Positions 48,813 through 59,280 of a DNA stretch of 64,000 nt are shown piece after piece. A program made the translations under genes and the position numbers. Origin of the DNA: Planctomycetota bacterium (GTDB lineage: Bacteria; Planctomycetota; SZUA-567; H5-PLA8). Every line of letters begins with the position of its first letter. Position 1 is the stretch's first letter. The stretch spans positions 128,001 through 192,000 of the forward strand of contig JBBRPR010000005.1 in assembly GCA_038227875.1 (NCBI GenBank). The letters are read 5' to 3'. Under the pieces are notes generated by a model. It worked only from the letters and a program-made list of their open reading frames with translations, was not told the DNA's origin and did not search any database.

Positions 48813-49781
48813 ATGCATTACACGCGTCTGGGCCGCACTGCACTCAAGGTCAGCCGTCTGTGTCTGGGCACCATGAATTTCGGCCCGCAAACCAGCGAGC
48901 CTGATAGCCACGCGATCATGGACCGCGCGCTGGAGCTGGGCATCAACTTCTTCGACACCGCCAATGTCTACGGTGGCAAGAAGGGCGAAGGGATCACCGA
49001 ACAGATTGTCGGAAACTGGTTCGCGAAAGGGGGCGGACGCCGCGAGAAGACCATCCTCGCCACGAAAGTGTACGGCGACATGGGCGACTGGCCGAATTCC
49101 TCGCGCTTGTCGGCGCTGCATATCCGCCGCGCCTGCGAGGACAGCCTGAAGCGATTGAAGACCGACTACATTGACCTCTACCAGATGCATCACATCTGGC
49201 GCGAAGCGCCGTGGGAGGAAGTGTGGCAGGCGATGAACCTGCTCGTTCAGCAGGGCAAGGTGCTCTACGTCGGCTCCTCGAATTTCGCGGGCTGGCACAT
49301 CGCTCAGGCCAACGAGCAGGCCAAGAGCCGCCATTTCCTCGGGCTGGTCTCCGAGCAGAGTCTCTACAATCTGAACGCGCGCACGATTGAACTCGAAGTC
49401 ATCCCCGCCTGCGAAACCTACGGCCTGGGGCTGATCCCGTGGAGCCCGCTGGCCGGCGGCCTGCTCGGCGGCGTCTTGCAGAAGGCGAAGGAAGGCCGCC
49501 GCGCCAATCCGAACATGCAGAACAACGTCGAGAAAAACCGCGTCAAGCTGGAAGCCTGGGAGAAGCTCTGCGCGGACCTCGGCCACCATCCCGCCGACGT
49601 CGGTATCGCATGGCTGCTGCACAACAAGGTCGTGACCGCCCCGATCATCGGACCGCGCACGATGGACCAACTTAACGGCTCGATCAAGGCCGTCGAAATC
49701 AAGCTCACCGAAGAGACGCTGAAGAAGCTCGACGAAATCTTCCCCGGCCACAAACCAGCGCCGGAAGGATACGCGTGGTAA
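48813..49781 (+). CDS. Aldo/keto reductase
   Basis: LCLGTMNFG, FFDTANVYG, LATK, IDLYQMH, WSPLAGG, PIIGPR. Confidence 0.95.
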   Translation: MHYTRLGRTALKVSRLCLGTMNFGPQTSEPDSHAIMDRALELGINFFDTANVYGGKKGEGITEQIVGNWFAKGGGRREKTILATKVYGDMGDWPNSSRLSALHIRRACEDSLKRLKTDYIDLYQMHHIWREAPWEEVWQAMNLLVQQGKVLYVGSSNFAGWHIAQANEQAKSRHFLGLVSEQSLYNLNARTIELEVIPACETYGLGLIPWSPLAGGLLGGVLQKAKEGRRANPNMQNNVEKNRVKLEAWEKLCADLGHHPADVGIAWLLHNKVVTAPIIGPRTMDQLNGSIKAVEIKLTEETLKKLDEIFPGHKPAPEGYAW

Positions 49782-49788
49782 CGGGCGG

Positions 49789-49941
49789 ACAGAGGGCATC
49801 GGGGATCAGGCATCGGGCATCGGTCAGTGGGCATGCCCGGCACCTAACGCCTGTGACCCGCTGCCGTTGCGGAGTTTACTGTATGGCATGGGATCATTCG
49901 CGTCGACCGATGCCTGATGCCCGATTTCCGATCCCATCAGT
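49789..49941. mobile_element. MITE-like element (family A, copy 2)
   Basis: Left arm ACAGAGGGCATCGGGGATCAGGCATCGGGCATCGGTC inverted against GACCGATGCCTGATGCCCGATTTCCGATCCCATCAGT. Confidence 0.6.
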
Positions 49942-49950
49942 TCGGCCTCC

Positions 49951-50829
49951 ATGGATTCCCTGAAACGCGGACGACTGCTCATCCTCGCTGCTGCCGTGTG
50001 CTGGAGCGGTGGCGGGGCGGCGGTGAAACTGGCGGCGCCGCTGGATGCGTGGCAGATCGCCTCGATCCGGTCGCTTTTTGCCGGCCTGTTTCTGGCGGTG
50101 ATTTTCCAGCCGTGGCGCATGCGGGTCTGGCTGCCGGGATGGAAAGTGCTGCTGCTGGCGCTGATCAACGCCGGCATGCTCATTCTGTTCATCACCGCCA
50201 ATACGCACACGACCTCCGCCAATGCCATCTTTCTGCAGGACACCGCGCCGGTGTGGGTCTCACTTTTCTCGCCGTGGCTGCTGAACGAAAAATTCCGCAT
50301 GAAAGACCTGCGCAGCCTGCTGATCTGCGCGGTGGGCATGTCGCTATTTTTTCTCGATCAACTCACGCCCGGCCAATGGATCGGAAACATTCTGGCCCTG
50401 GCTTCCGGCGTATTCTTTGCGCTGGTCCTGATCGGCCTGCGCTGGGGCCGCCGGAAATCCGCGGACGTCCCGGACGGCGATCGGCAACTCAGCGACAGCG
50501 AACAGCTTCTCCTGTGGGGAAATCTGTTCTGCTTTCTCCTCTGCATTCCCATGATGCAAAGCGCGCCGCACGCGCTGGGCACCGTGGGCTTGCAGCCGCT
50601 GCTGATCGTTGCGGGAATGGGCGTATTTCAATTGGGACTCGGCTACCTGTTGATGTCGAAAGGCATCGTCGAAGTTCCCGCGACGGAAGCCGGCTTGCTG
50701 GCGCTGCTGGAACCGGTGCTCAATCCCGTCTGGGCGCTGCTGTTCGCTCACGAAATGCCCGGCCGCTGGGCGCTCATTGGCGGCGCAATTATCCTCGGCG
50801 ATCTCGCCTGGCAGTCGGTGGCGGGGTGA
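49951..50829 (+). CDS. DMT/EamA family transporter
   Basis: About 10 TM helices; ANAIFLQ.TAP; LLEPVLNPVW. Confidence 0.9.
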   Translation: MDSLKRGRLLILAAAVCWSGGGAAVKLAAPLDAWQIASIRSLFAGLFLAVIFQPWRMRVWLPGWKVLLLALINAGMLILFITANTHTTSANAIFLQDTAPVWVSLFSPWLLNEKFRMKDLRSLLICAVGMSLFFLDQLTPGQWIGNILALASGVFFALVLIGLRWGRRKSADVPDGDRQLSDSEQLLLWGNLFCFLLCIPMMQSAPHALGTVGLQPLLIVAGMGVFQLGLGYLLMSKGIVEVPATEAGLLALLEPVLNPVWALLFAHEMPGRWALIGGAIILGDLAWQSVAG

Positions 50830-50845
50830 CGAACGGCCGGCATCG

Positions 50846-52363
50846 TCACTTCTGCCCGGCATCGAAGAGCGCCTTCACCTCTTCGGGCGCGAGCGCGCGG
50901 TTGTAGATGCGGACTTCACCGAGGAGGCCGCGGTACCAGCCGTAAGCCGTGCCACCCAGCGATTGACCGGGATGGGTCGTCTTGCTGCCCGTGACGCCGT
51001 CCTTGGCGAAATTTCCATTAATGTAAAGCGTCGGCTTGTTGTTGTCGTAAGTCAACACGACGAGGACCCAATCCGATATGGCCACGTTGTGGACGAGGAC
51101 CGAAGGCAAATAACCGTCTCCATGCTCCATGACGCTGATGCCGTTGGTGCCAATGGACAATCCCACGCCGGCGTTTTCCGGCCCCCAGTACGTGCCGCCC
51201 TGAGTTGGAAAAATGGCATACCGCTGGGATTGTATGCCTGCCGTGCCCATTGCGGATTCGGGGGTTTGGCCGCGTTCGGCGCTGGGCTTGGCCCAACACG
51301 TAATGGTGAAACTCCGGGTCACCGTGCGAAATGGCTCAGTCGGCACGTTCACGGAATTCCCGTTGCCGTCGAACGACAATACGGACAGCGACTTGTCCGC
51401 CTGGCGTGTTGCGCCGGCGAGCGTGCCGCCGACATTGCGCCCGGAGCGGTCGGTGACGTCGTTTCCAACTTCGTCCCAGTTCCAGCTGGCGACCAATCCT
51501 TCTTTAAGGTTGTCCACCGTAACCGGCGGCGGCGGGGGCAGCGCTTTCAAGCGGGCGTCCGCATCGCGGCCGGCTTTGGTTGAGGCATTGGATGCAATGA
51601 ACTTGCTGTACGCGCTGCGCAACTGGCGCGGCGAAAGCTTGTTTTCCTTTTCCTGCGCGATGAGTTCCTGAAGGTGGCTCTGCGCCAGTTCTTCGCGGAT
51701 GTCGCCCGTATCGCCGGACATGAAACCCATCGGTGTATTGGGCGACGCTGGCGGGGGGGCCGGAGCCGCGGATTTGGTATCCGCCGCAGCACCCGCGGGG
51801 GCCGGCACCGGTTCGGGCGCGCTCACGGGCTTGGGCAGTGGTGCCGGAGCCCGCGGCGAAATGGTGTCGAGACTTGCCATTTTTGTCGCGGTGTTTCGTT
51901 CCACACTGACCGCCGCGGATGTCGACGTCGAACGCATCGCGATCGTTGGCGTTTGAGATTGAGAGTGCGCGGCCGCCGATTCCCTGGTCGTGTCTGGCGC
52001 GCTCGACACTGAGGGTGTCGGTTTTTCTTTGCCTGAGAACAGCGACGCGACGAAGACGAGCAACCCCACGGCGCCGAGTCCCGCGACCACTTTGATCGTC
52101 ATGCCGGGCGGGGCAGCGGCTTCGCCGGGACGCTGGGGGGCTTTCTGCGATTTCATGCGTGTCGCCGACGTGGTCCGCGTCGGGGGCATCAGCGGATTGG
52201 AGCCCACTTTGGCCTCGGGGCTCAGCACCGGTACGTTGAGATTGGAACCTTTCGCGCGATGCTTTGGGCAGAGCTTCAGCCGCTCGTCGCCGGGATCCAG
52301 CCCGCGCGGCAGGTCTCCGTCGGCAATACGCACACCACAGGTTTCACAGTAATAGAGATTCAC
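50846..52363 (-). CDS. Membrane protein: N-terminal zinc-finger-like CxxC...CxxH, TM, Pro/Ser linker, C-terminal LamG domain
   Basis: YYCETCG...LCPKH; GLVASWNWDE...LSFDG...FTITCW...LYING...EVRIYNRAL; GTG start is tentative. Confidence 0.8.
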   Translation of the reverse strand: MNLYYCETCGVRIADGDLPRGLDPGDERLKLCPKHRAKGSNLNVPVLSPEAKVGSNPLMPPTRTTSATRMKSQKAPQRPGEAAAPPGMTIKVVAGLGAVGLLVFVASLFSGKEKPTPSVSSAPDTTRESAAAHSQSQTPTIAMRSTSTSAAVSVERNTATKMASLDTISPRAPAPLPKPVSAPEPVPAPAGAAADTKSAAPAPPPASPNTPMGFMSGDTGDIREELAQSHLQELIAQEKENKLSPRQLRSAYSKFIASNASTKAGRDADARLKALPPPPPVTVDNLKEGLVASWNWDEVGNDVTDRSGRNVGGTLAGATRQADKSLSVLSFDGNGNSVNVPTEPFRTVTRSFTITCWAKPSAERGQTPESAMGTAGIQSQRYAIFPTQGGTYWGPENAGVGLSIGTNGISVMEHGDGYLPSVLVHNVAISDWVLVVLTYDNNKPTLYINGNFAKDGVTGSKTTHPGQSLGGTAYGWYRGLLGEVRIYNRALAPEEVKALFDAGQK

Positions 52364-52455
52364 GAGCGTGATTATAACCCGATTTCGAACCGGAGTGGCA
52401 ATATTCCAACGCCACAACTCAGCAGTTTGCGCAATTCGGCGCAGTGCACATGAGC

Positions 52456-53877
52456 CTACCGCACGGTCGCCAGCAACGCCGTGATGCGGTCGACGGTGGT
52501 CTTCACCCCACCCTGCTGCTTCAGGAATTCATTGCGGCCCCGTTCGGCCATCGCGTTGGCGGACGCACGGTTCTTCACCAGATTTTCCAGTGCCGCGTAA
52601 AGCGTCTCGCGGGTTACCTGCACCGAACCGTTGCAGGCGCGCAGCAGGTCCATCGCTTCGTTGAAGTTGTGCATGTGCGGACCGTGGACGATGGGCAAGC
52701 CCATGCCGCAGGGTTCCATCACGTTCTGGCCGCCGTGCGGTATCAGCGAGCCGCCGACAAAAGCGATGTCGGAGATCGCGTACATGTTGCCCAGCTCGCC
52801 GACCGTATCGATCAGCAGCACCCACGCGTTGCGCTGCGTCTTGTCGAGCTCCGCCAGGCACGCTTCGATGCCGCGTTCACGAATTTGCGAAAAACAGATC
52901 GCGCGCAGACCGGCCGTCTGGATTTCGCCGAGCACTTCCTTCGTCCGCTCCGGATGGCGCGGGACGAGGATCAGTCGCAGATTCGCTTCGCGGCTTTCGC
53001 GCAGGCGCATGTAGGCGCGGATCAATTCGCCTTCTTCCGTACGGTGCGTGCTGCCGCCGATCAGGACCACGGCATCGAGCGGAATGCCGTAGGTGCCGCG
53101 CCGATTTTCGCGCTCATCGCGCTGCGGCATGCGGGTCTTGATCGCGTCGTACTTGATGTTGCCGCAGACTTCGATGCGCTTGGAATCGACGCCCAGTTCT
53201 TTGAGACGTTTGGCGTATTCGTCGCTCTGCGCCAGCCAGCGCCGCACGCGTAAAAACGCGCCGCCCGCCAGGAACCAGAAGCGCCGGTAGCGCCGGGCGG
53301 AGCGTTCCGTGACGCGCGCGTTGGCGACGATGATCGGAATGCCGCGCGCCACGGCCTCGGCGGTCATGTTCGGCCACACTTCCAGTTCCATCAACACGAT
53401 CACGTCGGGATGGATGCGGTCGAGGAAGCGCTTTACCGAGAATGAAAAATCGTGCGGATAGTAGACCACGTTCTCGCCGCCGAACCGTTTGCGCGCGACT
53501 TCCTGGCCGGTGACGGTCGTGGTGCTGACGACGACGTCCAGGTTCGGCTGCGCTTCGCGGAGCTGTTTCACCAGCGGCTCGGCGGCCTGCGCTTCACCGA
53601 CGGAGACGGCGTGAATCCAGACGCGCTGCCGGTTCTGGCTGCGGGTGATGACGTTGCCGAGCTTGGCCGACAATCCTGCGGAGAGTTTGCGCTTGATCAG
53701 CTTGCGGTAGAGAAAGTAAGGAATCAGCGCGAGTGCGGCGGAGAAATACAGCAGGTCCAGCAGGCGCGAAGCCCCGCCCGTGCGCGGAATGCCGCCGGGG
53801 TCGCCCGTGCCACCCCCCGCCGGCTCGGAAATCTCCCCGGTAAGTCGAGCGCTCTGTTTGGACGATGAACTTGGCAC
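52456..53877 (-). CDS. waaA: 3-deoxy-D-manno-octulosonic acid (Kdo) transferase
   Basis: WIHAVSVGE, STTTVTG, ELEVWPN, GNIKYD, GSTH..E, VPRHPER, AFVGGSL..GGQN..EP; start uncertain. Confidence 0.93.
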   Translation of the reverse strand: MPSSSSKQSARLTGEISEPAGGGTGDPGGIPRTGGASRLLDLLYFSAALALIPYFLYRKLIKRKLSAGLSAKLGNVITRSQNRQRVWIHAVSVGEAQAAEPLVKQLREAQPNLDVVVSTTTVTGQEVARKRFGGENVVYYPHDFSFSVKRFLDRIHPDVIVLMELEVWPNMTAEAVARGIPIIVANARVTERSARRYRRFWFLAGGAFLRVRRWLAQSDEYAKRLKELGVDSKRIEVCGNIKYDAIKTRMPQRDERENRRGTYGIPLDAVVLIGGSTHRTEEGELIRAYMRLRESREANLRLILVPRHPERTKEVLGEIQTAGLRAICFSQIRERGIEACLAELDKTQRNAWVLLIDTVGELGNMYAISDIAFVGGSLIPHGGQNVMEPCGMGLPIVHGPHMHNFNEAMDLLRACNGSVQVTRETLYAALENLVKNRASANAMAERGRNEFLKQQGGVKTTVDRITALLATVR

Positions 53878-53945
53878 CGTGCTTGTATTAAAAGGTTGTG
53901 GAGCTTGGCGCAAGTAATTCGTGTAGCAGGCTACCGCCTGTTTGC

Positions 53946-56252
53946 CTAGTCCCACCACAAATACAGCGAGTGGCTCTTCTTCAATTCATCGGCCAGCGCC
54001 TTCACGTCGCCGCAGCCCTGGTCCACCACGTCCGGGCAGAATTCATAGAGTTTCTTCGCTAGTGCAGCGGGTTTCTTGAGTGCTGTCAGAAATCGCCCGG
54101 TGATGAAATCGTTACCCGCACCCAGGAGGATAAATGGCTGTTCGGTTTCGAGTTCCTTCAGGAATTCAATGATGCCTCCGGGGCCCACGTCGTAATTCTG
54201 TCCGTTGGTCTGCAGCGCGGCGATCACGGCGTAGCGATCGGCGGTTGGCGCCAGCATCAGCGCTGTGGCGTCAGTGGCATCGCGCTGAAAGAGATAACAG
54301 CCGTCGCCGATGAATTCGCGGTGAAGCTTTTCCAGTTCGACGGTGCGTGTTGAGCGCACATCGCATCGATAAAGTCCGGGCGCCGCTGCAACTGGGACGC
54401 AAGGATTCCCGCATCGTTCCGCCAGTTTCGCGACGGCCGCGTGAAATTTTGCAGAGCTGCCAGCAGCGGAAAAATCAAGCTTCGGAGTTTCCGGCCCCCA
54501 CTTCTTGTCGTTCTTTGCCAACCGTTTCGCGCGCTCCTCCCCCTCTTTCCGGCGGGCCACCGCCAGACGCGGCGTCTCCTTCACCTCAAGCTTTGCCCCA
54601 TACTTGATCAATATCTCGCGAGCCTGTTTCCATTTCTCTGCTTTCAGCAATGGAGTTTCACCACTGTCATTCGGAATGTTTGGGTCTGCTTTGTGTTGCA
54701 ACAGGAACTCCAGCACGGGAAGTCTCGGTGTTCTTATGGCGGTAAAGAGCGCCGTCTCTCCTGATTTTGCGTGCTGCGCGTTGATGTCAGCCCCATACCG
54801 CAATAACAACTCGGCCAGCGCGATATGTCCTTCTCCTGCACAAATCATCAGCGGAGTACCATCGCGCGGATCCTGCGCGTTGATTTCGGCGCCCGCGTCG
54901 ATCAGCAATTGAGCAAGCACCTGCACTTCCGCATCCGGCAACAATCTGGATTCATGCGTCGTTCCCGTTTGGGAATAAAACGCACGGCCTTTTGCATTCG
55001 GTGCCGGTGGACTGGAGTCATCCACTTGATATTCCCGGGTCGCTTTCGCAACCGTAGCGATAAGCAACCCCAAGGTCTTTCGATCGGTCTTTGTCAATTT
55101 CGGGCGATCAGCCAAAAACTTCCTAAGTAGCGGATTAGTTAGCTCGGAATTTCCCGTTTTTAACGCCGCCTGAAGTGGAAATGATTTGTGCTTATTTTTA
55201 GCATCAGGCTTCGCACCCGCAGCCAACAGCATGGTTACAACTGGAATATGAATCGCATTTGTGGCGAGCAGTAGCGCTGTCGTTCCGTCGAGATCGGATT
55301 TCTCAGTGTCCGCGTGTGCTTCCAACAAATCTTTGACACATTCAAAATGCCCCTTGCGCGCCGCCAACATCAGCGCCGTCAATCCGAGATGATCGGCGGC
55401 GTTGACCTGAGCACCGGCGTACAGCAATAATCGCAGCGCTTCCGGTTGATTGTACTCAGCGGCATTCATCAATGCCGTGCGCGCCAGGCGACAATTGACA
55501 AACCGTTCGCCGCCCAACGAGTAGCTCGAACGGGCGCGAGCCTGATCATTATTGGCCGGGTCCGTGGTCGCATTCACGTTTGCACCCGCGGCGACAAGCA
55601 GTTTGATTGCCTCTGCATGCCCGTGGCGCGCGGCAAACATTAGCGCGGTCATGCCGCTCGGTACGCATTCGCAGTGGTCCGGATTGGAACATTTTTCCAG
55701 CACGGATTTCAAGGCGGCACAGTCGCCGGACTTTGCGGCCGCAATCAATTGCTCTGTCGCGGAAAAGGTCGTCTCTCTTTCCGCTTCGGTCAGAAGCGCC
55801 ACGGCATCCGTGTGCCCACCCTCCTGCGCCCATTCTCGCGCGGTCCGATTGCTCCCGCCGTCGCGCAGGCGGACGTCGGCCCCGGCACCCAAGAGTTCAC
55901 GCACAATCTCCGTATGACCATTCTTCGCGGCTTCCATCAGCGGCGTAATCTTGCTGCGATTGTCAGTGATAAAATTGGCCGTGGCGTTCACGTTCGCGCC
56001 CGCGGCAAGCAGCGCATTCACGAGATTCAACACGCCTTTTTTGCAACAAGCCGTGACCAGCGGGGGGAAACCGGGCGGCTTATTGACGTCAGCGCCGGCC
56101 TTGATCAACAGCAACGCAATTGCTTCATGGCCCATGCCCACGGCGGTATTCAGCGGCAACAGAGGTGAATTGGGATTGACGTCTTCGCCTGCTTCAAGCG
56201 CACGCTTAACCGCGTCCACATCGCCGGCGTATTCCGCACCCGATAAATTCAT
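53946..56252 (-). CDS. Ankyrin repeat protein with C-terminal DUF4253-like domain
   Basis: Many TALM.AA..GH...L...GA.VN repeats; C-terminal YEFCPDVVDQG...LYLWWD. Confidence 0.88.
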   Translation of the reverse strand: MNLSGAEYAGDVDAVKRALEAGEDVNPNSPLLPLNTAVGMGHEAIALLLIKAGADVNKPPGFPPLVTACCKKGVLNLVNALLAAGANVNATANFITDNRSKITPLMEAAKNGHTEIVRELLGAGADVRLRDGGSNRTAREWAQEGGHTDAVALLTEAERETTFSATEQLIAAAKSGDCAALKSVLEKCSNPDHCECVPSGMTALMFAARHGHAEAIKLLVAAGANVNATTDPANNDQARARSSYSLGGERFVNCRLARTALMNAAEYNQPEALRLLLYAGAQVNAADHLGLTALMLAARKGHFECVKDLLEAHADTEKSDLDGTTALLLATNAIHIPVVTMLLAAGAKPDAKNKHKSFPLQAALKTGNSELTNPLLRKFLADRPKLTKTDRKTLGLLIATVAKATREYQVDDSSPPAPNAKGRAFYSQTGTTHESRLLPDAEVQVLAQLLIDAGAEINAQDPRDGTPLMICAGEGHIALAELLLRYGADINAQHAKSGETALFTAIRTPRLPVLEFLLQHKADPNIPNDSGETPLLKAEKWKQAREILIKYGAKLEVKETPRLAVARRKEGEERAKRLAKNDKKWGPETPKLDFSAAGSSAKFHAAVAKLAERCGNPCVPVAAAPGLYRCDVRSTRTVELEKLHREFIGDGCYLFQRDATDATALMLAPTADRYAVIAALQTNGQNYDVGPGGIIEFLKELETEQPFILLGAGNDFITGRFLTALKKPAALAKKLYEFCPDVVDQGCGDVKALADELKKSHSLYLWWD

Positions 56253-56307
56253 GTGTGTTCCCTACTGAATACTGGCTGATATTACAATCAATAGTTTCTC
56301 AGACACC

Positions 56308-56328
56308 CCGGCAGGATGCCGGCGGTAC
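56308..56328. repeat. REP-like palindrome
   Basis: CCGGCA-GGA-TGCCGG-CGGTAC. Confidence 0.55.
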
Positions 56329-56334
56329 GACGAC

Positions 56335-59226
56335 TCAGTTCTTCGCGTTTCCCGACTTCCCCGTGCTCTTGTAGAGCACGTTGAACGTTGCCTGGTAGAT
56401 CGCGTCGGTTGTTTCCACGGTCACCGCGACCTGCCGGGAGCCGGTGCTCGCGGGGTCGCTGGCGGGGATCGCGGGTTTGCCGGTGGCGGGGTCGGCGGGC
56501 TGGTCGAAAATCGCGGCGAGGTTCAGCTTGTTGAAGGTCAGCTGAATCTGGCCGCGCGTAAAATTGTGCTTCACGTTCAGCGACGTGGATTTGTAGCTCG
56601 CTTTGCGGTCCAGAATGATCGCGGGCGCGGGCTGGATGTTAGGCAGGATCACGTTGTTGATCGTGATCCGGACCGTCACGCCTTCGAATTTGCCATCGCG
56701 CAGGGCTTCGCGGGATTGCTGCGGAGTCATCACCAGATTGCGCGCGGTGAGCACCACCGACATGCGATCCTTCGATGCCTGCGGAAACTTCAAGCTCGCC
56801 TGCAGTTTCGTGGCGAAGGTCGACGGGTGCGGTTTGTCGACGATGATCGTCACCGACGCGGTCGCCTGCTTGTTGTTGGTGTCCGTAATCGTGAGCGTCG
56901 CGATGAATGTGCCGATGGTCGTGTACGTGTGGCTCAAGCTGGGCACGTTGCTGGTGTCGGTGTTGCCGTCGCCAAAATTCCAGATGTAACTGGTGATCGC
57001 GCCCGCGCTGCCCTGCGACGTGAAGGCGACGGTCAGCGGCGCAGTGCCTTCCGTCGGCGAGGCCTGGATGAGTGCCACCAGCGGCACGGGCTGGCGCGGC
57101 ACGTTGACGCAGACGGCGAAGGGCTGCGAGCCGGACGGGATGCTCGTGGCTTTGATCACCACCGTCCAGACGCCGTCCATCGGTGAGTCGATAATGGTCT
57201 GCTCGATCGGGTCGACGGTGTTGGGTCCCGTGTTGGTCGCCAGCGCCAGCGGCGCGGCGGGGTTGATTGAGTACGGAAAATGAGTAACGCCGTTGGGATC
57301 GATCAGCGTCAGGTCCAGATCGTTGACCAGCGCTTTGGAAGCGGCGGGCGTTCCGGAAACGTCCATCCAGCAGAGCGTCGCTTTCAGTTGCGGCGTGCCG
57401 GAAAGGCTGAGCGTGAAGCTGGTGCTCTGACCGTTGGTCAGCGTACCTTCGAAGAACGGACTGTTGGCCGCCGACGTCTGCAGCGCGATGGTGTTCACCG
57501 CGGCTTTGGCGTTGACGATGCCGAAGCCGTACATCACATCCGGGCCTTTGTTGCCCAGATCGGTGGCGGAATTGCAGAGCAGCGCTTTCATCAATGCGCC
57601 GCTGGGTTCGGAGCCGACGACGGCCTTGTAGGCCTGATCGACGAGCGCCGCGACACCGGTGACGACCGGCGTGGAGAACGACGTGCCGCTGGCAACTTGT
57701 GTGCTGTTGGTGCCGCTGTCGAGCGTCACGAATTCACCGAAGGCGACGAGGTCGGGTTTGATGCGGCCGTCTTTCATCGGACCGAACTGGCTGAAGCCGG
57801 TGATGCCGTCGGACTGGGCGATCGGCGGGTTGTCGTCGCCGGCGCGCGCGCTGGAGCTGGTGGCGCCGACGCAGATCGTGTTCTTCGCGCCGACAAAAAA
57901 GTCGATGTGAGTGGTCGTCTGGCCGGGTTCTTCGTTGCCGGCAAACATACCCAGCAGGTTGCTGGACCGGATCGCGTTGTCCCAATCGGCGGAAATGGTC
58001 TGGTAGTCGCCGAACGTCGAAAGTCCGGTCGGCCCGTACGAATGGTTGGAGATGCGCGCGCCCTTCGAGCCGGCATCGACCACGTCGGCGCTGGAGAATG
58101 TCGCCGTGCCGGACGTAGGCACCGCGTACCCGAGCATCGTGACCGCGGGCGCAACGCCCTTGGCCGAGGGCTGCGTACTGCCGCTCGAACCAATCTGACC
58201 GGTGACGGCGGTGGCATGACTGACGTCTGCCGCCACCGATGAACCGGCGGTGATAAACGAAAGGCGGGAAATGAAGTCGAGATGCGAGGTCTGCTGCCCC
58301 AGTTCGCGAATCGCCACGCTGACGCCCGAACCGTTGAGACTGGGCGGCTTGTCGCGCACGTCGCTGATGTCCGATTCCAGATCCGTCGTCGCATCGCGCG
58401 AAGCGACCGGCGGCGGCGCGAATTCCACGAACGCGACGGCATCGAGCGCCGCAATGTCCATGGCCGCGTTGCGCGTCGCCACGATTTCAAAGCGCGGCCC
58501 AAGCACACTCGACGTCCACGCGTGAATCTGCGCGTCGGCCAGAGCAGGCGCCTGGCTGGCGGCCTGCTGGAGCGCATCGAGCGTCACGCTGCGATGTGTC
58601 AGCACCATGAAGCGCGTCTGCGTGCCATTCGGTTCTTGGGCGTACGCGGGCGTGTGGCCGGCGTAGATCTCCGGCTGCAGTTTGTCGCGCGGATCGATGC
58701 GGGCGACGGCGCGGACGAAGTCAAAATCCAGCGCGGCCTGGAAATCCGCCGGCGTCCCCCGCGCGTCCCACGCGTAACCGGCGACGTACGACAGCACTTC
58801 GATGCCGTGCGCGCGGAGTGTTTCGCGTTGCTGGGGAGTCGGGTGTTCGTAGAACTGGAGATACGCGGCTCTTGGCTCCTGGCTCTTGGCTTTTGGGAGC
58901 TCCGAGAACACTTGGCTGATCGCGGATCGGTCCGGGAGGAATGCGCGGGAGTTCAGTTCGACGACGTATTTGGAATCCACCTTCTTAATGGAGCTGACAA
59001 AGTCGCGGCGGGAGGCGTCGGAAAAGAATTCCCCATTTTCGCGCACGGAATTCAGCGCGCCGCCCCAAAGCATCGGTTGAGGTGTGATATCTGTCGTTGC
59101 GGAAGTGTTATGCGGCGGGTTGGACGCGACGGTATTCTGGCCTGCAGGGTGTTGCCAAACCCAGAAACCAACAGCGATTAGAAGCAGGACGCCGAGGGAG
59201 ATTCCCGCTTTGACGGTACGCGACAT
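56335..59226 (-). CDS. S8 (subtilisin-like) serine peptidase with PKD domain and unknown C-terminal domain
   Basis: HATAVTG, FAGNE, IKPDLVA.G, SGTSFSTP, YGFG; PKD YIWNFGDG...SHTY; CAGGAG RBS. Confidence 0.92.
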   Translation of the reverse strand: MSRTVKAGISLGVLLLIAVGFWVWQHPAGQNTVASNPPHNTSATTDITPQPMLWGGALNSVRENGEFFSDASRRDFVSSIKKVDSKYVVELNSRAFLPDRSAISQVFSELPKAKSQEPRAAYLQFYEHPTPQQRETLRAHGIEVLSYVAGYAWDARGTPADFQAALDFDFVRAVARIDPRDKLQPEIYAGHTPAYAQEPNGTQTRFMVLTHRSVTLDALQQAASQAPALADAQIHAWTSSVLGPRFEIVATRNAAMDIAALDAVAFVEFAPPPVASRDATTDLESDISDVRDKPPSLNGSGVSVAIRELGQQTSHLDFISRLSFITAGSSVAADVSHATAVTGQIGSSGSTQPSAKGVAPAVTMLGYAVPTSGTATFSSADVVDAGSKGARISNHSYGPTGLSTFGDYQTISADWDNAIRSSNLLGMFAGNEEPGQTTTHIDFFVGAKNTICVGATSSSARAGDDNPPIAQSDGITGFSQFGPMKDGRIKPDLVAFGEFVTLDSGTNSTQVASGTSFSTPVVTGVAALVDQAYKAVVGSEPSGALMKALLCNSATDLGNKGPDVMYGFGIVNAKAAVNTIALQTSAANSPFFEGTLTNGQSTSFTLSLSGTPQLKATLCWMDVSGTPAASKALVNDLDLTLIDPNGVTHFPYSINPAAPLALATNTGPNTVDPIEQTIIDSPMDGVWTVVIKATSIPSGSQPFAVCVNVPRQPVPLVALIQASPTEGTAPLTVAFTSQGSAGAITSYIWNFGDGNTDTSNVPSLSHTYTTIGTFIATLTITDTNNKQATASVTIIVDKPHPSTFATKLQASLKFPQASKDRMSVVLTARNLVMTPQQSREALRDGKFEGVTVRITINNVILPNIQPAPAIILDRKASYKSTSLNVKHNFTRGQIQLTFNKLNLAAIFDQPADPATGKPAIPASDPASTGSRQVAVTVETTDAIYQATFNVLYKSTGKSGNAKN

Positions 59227-59280
59227 GACTACTCCTGAAACTGTTATTTCGCTGGGGGCATGAAGTTATGGAGCGCTCAA

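Noticed and set aside
30100..49941. CRISPR interpretation of the repeated arms with unique cores
   Set aside because: Repeats are inverted pairs about 20 kb apart, not a direct repeat-spacer array; no cas genes
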